Source of the DNA: Nitrospinota bacterium
GTDB taxonomy: Bacteria; UBA8248
Assembly: GCA_030754595.1 (NCBI GenBank)
Contig: JASLZZ010000050.1
Location: 1-58,283 of the forward strand
DNA length: 58,283 nt
Direction of reading: 5' to 3'
A program made the translations under genes and the position numbers. Shown in pieces: positions 50,929 through 58,283 of the stretch (positions are counted from its first letter, which is position 1; every line of letters begins with the position of its first letter). The notes under the pieces are model-generated. The model did not search any database, was not told the DNA's origin, and worked only from the letters and a program-made list of their open reading frames with translations.

Positions 50929-51934
50929 TTACTTCAATCCCAGTTCGGCCGCCGCCTTGCGCAAGGCCGAATCGTTGAGTTTCTTGATCGTCAAATAATC
51001 CGGGTGGCTTTTGATCCACCCGAGCTTCACCTGCTTGTCTGCCATGTCGTTGAGGTAGGCACGGACTTTTTTCGTGATGAAAGGAACGGCTCTGACCCGC
51101 TTGATGACCGCCAGAATCACCGGATACTTGGCCTTCCACCCTATTTCCTGGAGCCCCGCGGTATAGACCTTGGCGAATTTTTCCAGGTTATTCTTCCTGA
51201 GCTCGTGGGCCGTAAGCCATGCCTTGAAATAATTCACAAAAAGCCCCGGGTGTTTTTTCAGCGTGACGGGATTGCTGATCATCATCGCGCTCACGGTGTC
51301 GTACTTACAGAAATTCTCGAGAACGCGGACCTTCCCCCTTCTTTCCAGAATTCCCGACAGAGGATCGATACCGACTCCGACCGCCGCATTTCCCGAGATC
51401 ACCGCCTGGACGCGGGCCGCACCCTTGAGGCTCATCCACTTCAGGTCTTTTTCCGACATCCCGATCTTCGGCAGACCATACATTTTCAGCGCGAAATCGA
51501 AGCTCGTCCCCTTACTCGTGGCGAAATAGGTGCCCTTGAGGTCTTTCAGGGATTTCGCCTTCGAGCCGGGCTTGACGAGAATTTTCGCCATCTCGTAGAT
51601 ATCGCCCGCCTTGGCGATGCCGACGACCTGCCCCCTTGGCGACCGCCAGGGAGAAGGGCGAAAACCCCACCCCGCCTGCGGTGTCGAGATTATTCTGGAT
51701 AACGGCGTTGCGCACCACTTTGCCCTGCTTGAAATAATTCGTCGTGTACAGGAGCCCGTATTTCTTGAAATACCCCAACCGGTGGGCAACGACGTCAGGC
51801 ACCCCGTTCACCGAACGATGAACGCCGAGGCGAAGCTTCGCCGCTTCCGCGGCCGGGAGAACAGCGAGCAGTCCGGCCACGATTGACAGGATCATCGAAA
51901 AAACAGGTCTCTTCTTCATCATGGGTGCCTCCAT
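50929..51934 (-). pseudogene. ABC substrate-binding protein (SsuA/TauA/NMT1 type) with frameshift at a G5 run (51631-51635)
   Basis: Signal peptide and GYFKKYGL...AVAKG in one frame; QVVGIA..SLKDLKG..KGTS continues in another. Confidence 0.8.
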
Positions 51935-52132
51935 TAGAATTTAAAACCCATTGATGGACCAGGAACACCGACAAAATTCCAAAAAAACTTTGTATTTGAT
52001 TTTCGATGCGCTATCACAACTTCCGAAGAAACGGTAAACTTCCTTTTTATTGGCGAAGTTTTTCTCTTACAGGGTGAAACATTTCTTCTCTGAATCCGAA
52101 ACGCGTCATTTTTTGCCGGGAGGTCGCTCTCG

Positions 52133-53416
52133 ATGTCAAGACCCTTGTATAAAATTCCGCCCCGCTCGGTAGACACCCCTTTCGGGGTGTACGACAACCT
52201 TCCGCCCGGGCCCGCCGAGCCCCTGCCCGAGCGGAGCCGGAACGTCCGCCGCGTCGGCCACTCGGACATGAACGGCTGGGGCGACACCATGACGCTCCAG
52301 GTGCGGGACGGCGTCCTCTACTCGGCCCACTCGGGAACGGACGGTCACGACGGACTGACGATCCTCGACGTCAAGGACCCCACGAAACCCAAGGTCGTCC
52401 GCCAGACCGCCGACAAGACCGGCATCGCGCGTTCCCACAAAATCGCCCTCGTCGAAAATGTGTTCTACACGAACATGGAAAAACTCCCCGGAGCGGGGAT
52501 GGAGGACCCCGAACTCATCGGCGGGCTCCGTATCTTCGACGTCGAGGACCCGCGAAACCCTAAGTTCGTCAACTACGTCGAGGTCGAGGGGCGGGGAATC
52601 CACCGGCCCATCTACGACCGGGCGCGGAAGCTGCTCTATTGCTCGGCGTTCAAGGACGGCTGCCGGGGGAAAGTCATGCAGAACTACGATGTCTCCGATC
52701 CCTTCGGTCCCGAGCTCCTCTCCGAGGCCTGGATCGAGGGGCAAAACGAGGCGGCGGGCGAGACGCCCTCGTGGGACTTCGATTACGTGGGCTGGGGCTG
52801 CTGGCTCCACGAAGCGAACCCTTTTGGAAACTACGCCACCTGCGGCTTCTGGAACGGGGGGATCGCCATGTTCGACATGACCGATCCGTGCGAGCCCGGG
52901 TTCATGTGGCGTCACAACCCCCACGAGACCCACGGCTGGCCCGGCTCCTACCACACTTTTCTCGTCCCGCCGGGATCTGAGTTCGCCATCGCCACCACCG
53001 AGTGCTGCTCGATCGATTGCGGACACCCGCCCGCCTTCGTCACCTTCTACGACATGCGGAACGTTCATCACCCGCTGCCGATCAGCACTTTTCACCCCTA
53101 CGAGATCGACCCGCTCACAATGCACCCCCTCGATCAGAGCTGGTGCGATACGGGCTTGAAGTACGGGGCGCACAACGTCTGGCTCGACATGAAAAAAGAC
53201 GACTTCATGTACATCGCCTGGCACAACGCCGGACTCCGCATCGTGGATTGCTCGAATCCCTTCTCCCCGAAGGAAGTGGGCTACTACATCCCGCCCGGAA
53301 ACAGCCACCGGACAGTTCCCCAGAGCAACGACGTTGTCGTGGACCCCTCGACCGGGCTCATTTATCTCGGCGACCGTTGGGGGCTCGGAATCGACATTCT
53401 CGAATTCACGGGTTGA
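52133..53416 (+). CDS. LVIVD-repeat beta-propeller protein
   Basis: Repeated ILDVKDPTKP, IFDVEDPRNP and IVDCSNPFSPKEVGYYIP; His-rich (SHK, IHR, LHE, YHT, GAHN). Confidence 0.85.
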   Translation: MSRPLYKIPPRSVDTPFGVYDNLPPGPAEPLPERSRNVRRVGHSDMNGWGDTMTLQVRDGVLYSAHSGTDGHDGLTILDVKDPTKPKVVRQTADKTGIARSHKIALVENVFYTNMEKLPGAGMEDPELIGGLRIFDVEDPRNPKFVNYVEVEGRGIHRPIYDRARKLLYCSAFKDGCRGKVMQNYDVSDPFGPELLSEAWIEGQNEAAGETPSWDFDYVGWGCWLHEANPFGNYATCGFWNGGIAMFDMTDPCEPGFMWRHNPHETHGWPGSYHTFLVPPGSEFAIATTECCSIDCGHPPAFVTFYDMRNVHHPLPISTFHPYEIDPLTMHPLDQSWCDTGLKYGAHNVWLDMKKDDFMYIAWHNAGLRIVDCSNPFSPKEVGYYIPPGNSHRTVPQSNDVVVDPSTGLIYLGDRWGLGIDILEFTG

Positions 53417-53434
53417 GGCCGGAGGGGGAATTCG

Positions 53435-54181
53435 ATGGAAATGGAAGGCAAGGTCGCCCTCGTGTCTGGCGCGAGCCGGCGAATCGGCGCGGCCGTCGCC
53501 GCCGGCCTGGGCGCGCGCGGCGCGGCGGTCGTCGTCAACTACCTGAACAATAAAGAACGGGCCGAGGAGATCGCGGCGCGGATCGAGGCCGCGGGCGGGC
53601 GCGCCCTGCCCATCGCCGCAGACGTGCGCGACCGCGGGGCCGTGCGCGCCATGGTGGCGCAGTGCACTGCCGAGTTCGGGGGCCTCGACATTTTGGTCAA
53701 CAACGCCCGCACGCCCCATCCCGTGCGCCCGATTCTCGAAATGGACTGGGAGCGAGACATGCTCTCCCAGCTTCAGATCCACCTCGGCGGGGCGTTTCAC
53801 CTCTGCCAGGAGGCGATTCCGCACATGAAGCGGCGCGGCGGCGGGGCCATCGTCAACATGCTCAGTATTTCGTTCCGGCGGGGAAATTACCGGTCCCACG
53901 CCTACGGGCCGGCCAAGGCGGCGCTCCGCAGCTTTACGATGAGCCTGGCGACCGAACTCGGTGAGTACGGCATCCGCGTCAACTCGGCCTCGCCCGCCAC
54001 CACCGCCCCCGAGCGGGCGGACGATGCCCGGCGGGAGAGCCTCATCGCCCAGACCCCCCTCGGGCGAATCGCCACCCCCGAGGAAGTCGCCGACAACGTG
54101 ATCTACCTCTGCTCGGACGCCGCCCGCTTTGTCACGGGGGTGGACCTTCAAGTCAGCGGCGGAAGGGACATGGCTTTCTAG
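53435..54181 (+). CDS. Short-chain dehydrogenase/reductase
   Basis: SGASRRIG, VNNA, YGPAK and VSGG motifs. Confidence 0.92.
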   Translation: MEMEGKVALVSGASRRIGAAVAAGLGARGAAVVVNYLNNKERAEEIAARIEAAGGRALPIAADVRDRGAVRAMVAQCTAEFGGLDILVNNARTPHPVRPILEMDWERDMLSQLQIHLGGAFHLCQEAIPHMKRRGGGAIVNMLSISFRRGNYRSHAYGPAKAALRSFTMSLATELGEYGIRVNSASPATTAPERADDARRESLIAQTPLGRIATPEEVADNVIYLCSDAARFVTGVDLQVSGGRDMAF

Positions 54182-54185
54182 ATCA

Positions 54186-54929
54186 GTGTGGACCTTAGAG
54201 AATCTGCTCATCATCGCCGCGACGTTTCTGTTCGCCGGGTTCGTGAAGGGAATGATCGGCCTCGGCCTGCCGACGGTGTCCCTGGCGATTCTCGCGGCCA
54301 CGCTCGGGCTGAAGGAGGCCATGGTCCTGATGCTGCTTCCTTCGTTTCTGACCAACGTGTGGCAGGGGATTTCGGGGCCCGCGTTCACTCGGATCATCCG
54401 GAGGCTTTGGAGCCTGCTACTGGCCGGATTCGCCGGAACCTGGCTCGCCGTGGGTGTCCTGGCGCGGGCGGACACAGTCCTCCTGACGGGTCTCCTCGGG
54501 ATCATGCTTTGCGTATACGCGGGGGTCAGCCTGGCAACTCCTCAGATTCCCCCGCCGGGCCGGCGGGAGGGGTGGCTTTCTCCCGTCATCGGCGGGGTGA
54601 CGGGGGTTCTGACCGGCCTGGTCGGCACGTTCATCGTGCCGGCGGTTCCCTATTTTCAGGCTCTCGGGTGGCCGAGGAACGTCCTGGTGCAGGCCATGGG
54701 AATCTGGTTCACCGTCGCCACCCTGTCGCTGGCGGTGGGGCTGGGAAGCCACCGGCTTCTGCCCGCGGAACTGGGAGGGCTTTCCGCTGTGGCGCTTGTT
54801 CCGGCCTTTGCCGGGATGTGGGTGGGCCAGAAGGTTCGCGGTCGGATGTCGGAGGGGAGGTTCCGCCAGGTCTTGCTCGTCTCGCTGCTCATCCTGGGGG
54901 TGTATATCGCGGGGCGGTCCTTTCTGTAG
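54186..54929 (+). CDS. Sulfite exporter TauE/SafE family protein
   Basis: AGFVKGMIGLGLP, TNVWQ, about 8 TM segments. Confidence 0.9.
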   Translation: MWTLENLLIIAATFLFAGFVKGMIGLGLPTVSLAILAATLGLKEAMVLMLLPSFLTNVWQGISGPAFTRIIRRLWSLLLAGFAGTWLAVGVLARADTVLLTGLLGIMLCVYAGVSLATPQIPPPGRREGWLSPVIGGVTGVLTGLVGTFIVPAVPYFQALGWPRNVLVQAMGIWFTVATLSLAVGLGSHRLLPAELGGLSAVALVPAFAGMWVGQKVRGRMSEGRFRQVLLVSLLILGVYIAGRSFL

Positions 54930-54963
54930 TACTGCTTCTCTCAGCGCCGGAAAATAGTGTTTT

Positions 54964-55866
54964 TCAGAACAACTTCACTCCGGGCGCGTTCACCCGCGCG
55001 TGATAGAGTGAGGTGCGCGCGATGATGAATAGGCTCCGCATGTCCTCGCCCCCCCAGGTGAAATTCGCGGGCGGCTCGGGAACGAGGATAACACCCAGGC
55101 AGGCCGCGTCGGGCGCGAAAACGTGAATCCCGCCCGGTCCGGTGCAAAACAGCGAGCCCGCGCTGTCCACTTTCATCCCGTCGAGCACTCCGTCGAGCTC
55201 GCCCGTCACCTCGGCCCGCTCTTCGCCGCCGCTCACCGCGCCCCCCTCCCCCAGGTCGAAGACGCGGATGTGGCGGCGCATCGTGTCGTTGACGTAGAGG
55301 CGCTTACCGTCGAGCGAAAAACAAAGGCCGTTGGGCCGCTGGAAATCGTCGGCGAGCAGGGTCAGCCTCCCCCCCAGCTCGGGCTCGAGGCGAAAGACAC
55401 CCTGGAAATCAAGCTCCGGCTCGCGCGAGACACCGTATTCCGCCGAACGCCCTGATGTCGGATCGGTGAAATAAATCCCCCCGTCGCCCCTGACGACGAT
55501 ATCGTTCGGGCTGTTCAACTCTTTGCCCTCGTAGTGGGTGGCGAGGACGACGGGCTCGCCCCCCCCCTCGGCGCGGACGACGCGGCTCGTCGCGTGCTCG
55601 CAGGTCAGGAGCCTCCCCTCGCCGTCGTAGGTGCTTCCGTTTCCCATGTTGGAGGGCTCCCGGAAGACCGACACCTCGCCGCCTCCCCTCGCCTTCGGGG
55701 TCCAGCGGTGCATGCGGTTCCCCTTAATGTCGGAGAACGTGAGGTGCCCCTCGCGGGGGTGCCAGGCCGGCCCCTCGGTGAAAACAAAGTCGGCCGCCAG
55801 CCGCTCGACTTTCACATCGACGCCGACTACATCGTAAAAACGGTCGTCCTTGATCTCGGCGGTCAT
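54964..55866 (-). CDS. SMP-30/gluconolactonase/LRE family protein
   Basis: FTEGPAW, FSDI, LNSPND, YFTDP, PNGL and DGMKVD motifs. Confidence 0.93.
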   Translation of the reverse strand: MTAEIKDDRFYDVVGVDVKVERLAADFVFTEGPAWHPREGHLTFSDIKGNRMHRWTPKARGGGEVSVFREPSNMGNGSTYDGEGRLLTCEHATSRVVRAEGGGEPVVLATHYEGKELNSPNDIVVRGDGGIYFTDPTSGRSAEYGVSREPELDFQGVFRLEPELGGRLTLLADDFQRPNGLCFSLDGKRLYVNDTMRRHIRVFDLGEGGAVSGGEERAEVTGELDGVLDGMKVDSAGSLFCTGPGGIHVFAPDAACLGVILVPEPPANFTWGGEDMRSLFIIARTSLYHARVNAPGVKLF

Positions 55867-55879
55867 GCTTTCTTCCCCG

Positions 55880-56950
55880 TTATGGCTTGATCATGACGCG
55901 CATGACCCCGTCCTCGCGCGCCTTGAACATCCGCATCGCCTCCCCGAACTCATCGAGCGAAAAGGTATGGGTGAGCATCCGGGGGGTGTCGATGACGCCC
56001 TGCGTCATCAACTCAATCGCCCGGGGATAGCAGTTAGGCGAGCCGCGCCCTCCGAAAACGGCGATTTCGTCCAGAACGATTCGGTCCGTGACGAAGGGTA
56101 CATTCTCGCCCCCGTTGATCCCCTCGAGCACCGCCCGTCCGCCGCGGCGTACCATCCCCACCGCCTGCTTCATCGCCTCGGGGGGGCCGGCACACTCCAC
56201 CGAGAGATCGACGCCCCGGCCCCCGGTGTCCTTCATCACCACCTCCACCGGGTCCTCCTTCGTGATGTCGATGACAACATCGGCGCCGAGTTCGCGGGCG
56301 ATGTCAAGCCGGTACCCCCTTCCGGTGATATAGGTTCTGGACGCCCCCATCGTTTTCGCCAACTGAAGGACGGATAGCCCGAGCAGCCCCGGCCCCAGGA
56401 TCGCCACCTGGTCGGCAGGTTCCACCTTCCCCCGGTCGAGGGCGTGAAGGGCGACGACCACCTGATTCACGATCACCGCCTCCTCCCAACTCATCGACGC
56501 GGGCATTTTATGGAGATTGTTCGGCGGGGCCACGCCGTACTCGCTGAACGCGCCGTCCGCCGTGTGCCCGAGGAGCTTGTAGCCGCCATCCGGCTCCCCT
56601 GCCCGCTCGCACAGATGGTACGCGCCCCGGATGCAGGTGGCGCAGCGGCCGCAGCCGATGGTGGGCTCCATGATGACCCGGTCCCCCGGCTTCAGAGCGC
56701 TTCCGGAGTCGCTTCCGACGGCCGCCACCTCACCGCACCACTCGTGCCCCTGAGTGAAGGGATAGTAAGGCGGCCACGCCGGCCTCATATGACCGTCCAT
56801 GATATGAACGTCCGTCCCGCAGATACCGCAGGCGGCCACCTTGACCAAAACCTTGTCCGGCTCATGGGCCGGGACGGGAATCTCCTCGATCCGTACGTCC
56901 GACGGCCCGTGGGTGACCGCCGCCTTCATCTTCTCGGGAATTGTCGGCAT
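55880..56950 (-). CDS. Zinc-dependent alcohol dehydrogenase (MDR family)
   Basis: CGICGTD, GHEW, CGRCATC...C structural Zn site and GPGLLG. Confidence 0.93.
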   Translation of the reverse strand: MPTIPEKMKAAVTHGPSDVRIEEIPVPAHEPDKVLVKVAACGICGTDVHIMDGHMRPAWPPYYPFTQGHEWCGEVAAVGSDSGSALKPGDRVIMEPTIGCGRCATCIRGAYHLCERAGEPDGGYKLLGHTADGAFSEYGVAPPNNLHKMPASMSWEEAVIVNQVVVALHALDRGKVEPADQVAILGPGLLGLSVLQLAKTMGASRTYITGRGYRLDIARELGADVVIDITKEDPVEVVMKDTGGRGVDLSVECAGPPEAMKQAVGMVRRGGRAVLEGINGGENVPFVTDRIVLDEIAVFGGRGSPNCYPRAIELMTQGVIDTPRMLTHTFSLDEFGEAMRMFKAREDGVMRVMIKP

Positions 56951-57046
56951 CGAAACGCCCTCCGGTGGATTAAGTCGAATGTATATTAACCGAATGATCA
57001 ATCATATTTCGTCCGCCAGGGAGCCGGGCGGTGCGAATGAGGTGCG

Positions 57047-57538
57047 TTATTTTTTTCGGGCGCCCGATTTTCTCTTCGCTCCGGCGGTCTTTTTCGCCTT
57101 GGTCAATTTCGCCTTGATAGCGGGCGGCAGCTCGCCGGCCTTTTTTCCGCGCTTGAGCGACGGGAAAATATCGTTGGCGGTGCGCGCCGCCTGAAGCATA
57201 TAGGGCATGCCGCAGTATGTGGCCATTTGTAGGATGACCTCCATGATCTCACGCTTGGTGGAGCCGCAGTTCCAGGCGGCCTGGATATGGGTGCGGAGCT
57301 GAGGGTTGGCGTTCGCCATGACGCAAGCCGCCACGGCGCAGAGCTCGCGCGTCTTCTGCGGGAGCACATTCCGGTCGTAGAGCCCTCCGTAGCAAAACTC
57401 CATGAACATCTTCATGAAAGCGGGGTCGGCCCAATCCGCCATGTCCGCGGCGATCCCCTCGGTGAACTCCTTGTTCCACAGCATCGTGCCGCGCTTGAGG
57501 GCGCGGGGCGGAATTTTGACGTTCTTTCTCGGCGGCAT
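57047..57538 (-). CDS. Carboxymuconolactone decarboxylase family protein with basic C-terminal tail
   Basis: EFCYGGLY.R..LPQKTRELCAVA..HIQAA..QMATYCGMP; Lys/Ala-rich tail. Confidence 0.88.
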   Translation of the reverse strand: MPPRKNVKIPPRALKRGTMLWNKEFTEGIAADMADWADPAFMKMFMEFCYGGLYDRNVLPQKTRELCAVAACVMANANPQLRTHIQAAWNCGSTKREIMEVILQMATYCGMPYMLQAARTANDIFPSLKRGKKAGELPPAIKAKLTKAKKTAGAKRKSGARKK

Positions 57539-57621
57539 TTTCTCTCCTTAGTGGACATCACATTATAAGTGCGCTTGGCGAGCCTCACCCGAAACCGGCC
57601 CGCTCAAGCAAACGGAACAAA

Positions 57622-57670
57622 TGGTACCCCCTGGGTGACTCGAACACCCGACCTCCGGATTAGGAATCCG
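57622..57670 (-). repeat. 3' half of tRNA-Arg(CCT), probable att site of an integrative element
   Basis: Minus strand CGGATT-CCT-AATCCG-GAGGTCGGGTGTTCGAGTCACCCAGGGGGTACCA has anticodon arm, T arm and CCA, but no D arm or 5' acceptor strand upstream. Confidence 0.85.
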
Positions 57671-57814
57671 TCAAACTACCTTCCCCGTATATCCCCTCGG
57701 TAAGAAATATCTTGATTTTACTGATCATTAGACTTACCTTTCTCCCTGAAGCTACCTCCAAATTGATCTGGGGAGCTGACATAGCGCTGACACGGCCGCC
57801 ACATAGAATTTATC

Positions 57815-58111
57815 ATGAAACTCACCAAGCGAAACATCGACGCCCTGCCCATTCCGTCCAAAGGCCAAAAGATTTACTGGGACTCAAGCATTCCAAATTT
57901 TTGCGTCAGAGTCACCTCCACGGGCGTCATATCTTATCTTTTGAACTATAGGTTTAACGGCCGCGAAAGACGCTATACCATCGGTCGGCATGGAGAACTC
58001 ACCCCAACGCAAGCCAGAGACGAGGCTCTTCGCCTCAAAGCTAGAATACGCTCGGGGAACGACCCACTAGCTGAGCGCAAAAAATCCAAGCTTGAACCGA
58101 CATTTAATTGA
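57815..58111 (+). pseudogene. Tyrosine integrase N-terminal Arm-DNA-binding domain, truncated by IS insertion
   Basis: KLTKRNIDAL...YWD...VRVTSTG..SY...YRFNGRERRYTIGRHG.LT..QAR...G.DP; its stop codon is the TGA at the IS left end. Confidence 0.85.
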
Positions 58112-58283
58112 CCTGCCCCCCCCAAACCGGTCCATGCTGAACGAGAGGATTTTCGATACTCTTTCGGTGAGACTGCCCAATCTGGGGGGATTTGCATGAG
58201 CAAGAAGCGTCATACACCTGAGCAGATCATATCCAGGCTGAGAGAAGCCGAAGTGCTGCTTTCCCAGGGCCAGAGCGTCCCTG
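58109..58283 (+). mobile_element. IS3-family element left end with orfA start (ATG at 58196)
   Basis: TG-starting end TGACCTGCCCCCCCCAAACCGGTCCA; MSKKRHTPEQIISRLREAEVLLSQGQSV is typical of IS3/IS407 OrfA. Cut by the window edge. Confidence 0.88.

Noticed and set aside
52136..54505. 789 aa minus-strand ORF and similar long ORFs (28690..30381, 42874..44328, 39051..40271, 23695..24939)
   Set aside because: Antisense or alternate-frame shadows of well-supported genes in GC-rich DNA, with no domain motifs of their own; only the last 91 codons of 23695..24939 are kept as a lipoprotein.
57622..57700. Complete tRNA-Arg gene
   Set aside because: Sequence 5' of the anticodon arm cannot form a D arm or pair with the acceptor strand; treated as an att fragment.

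Overview
GC-rich bacterial chromosomal segment from a diderm organism. It starts in an IS5-family transposase and ends in an IS3-family element that truncates a tyrosine integrase next to a tRNA-Arg(CCT) 3' fragment (att site). The left ~20.6 kb is almost all + strand housekeeping genes: pdxJ-nnr-tsaE, lptCAB-rpoN, hprK-EIIA-HPr, metK-ahcY, amidase, der, an EF-G paralog, and SPOR, MerR and TPR proteins. A good match to the XerCD dif site lies at 20636-20663, where gene orientation and content switch to a mostly - strand accessory region. That region holds TTT, TRAP and ABC transporters, AhpD/CMD proteins, a BisC/DMSO-reductase-family molybdoenzyme, oxidoreductases and several gene remnants. 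The main hidden signal is four genes that the ORF track splits or misses because an in-frame TGA sits at a position where Cys is expected, each followed by a hairpin whose loop lies about 20-23 nt downstream. These are probable selenoproteins: a tandem DUF427 protein (TH-U-PVKG versus SV-C-PYKG in its own second domain), an ArsM-like methyltransferase (C-U), an AhpD-like protein (CxxU) and a decayed OsmC-like protein (GF-U-LLTQ). The last two lie in a co-oriented cluster with a TTT transporter, two CMD genes and the Mo S/N-oxide reductase. No sel machinery genes are in the window, so Sec recoding is inferred, not proven.
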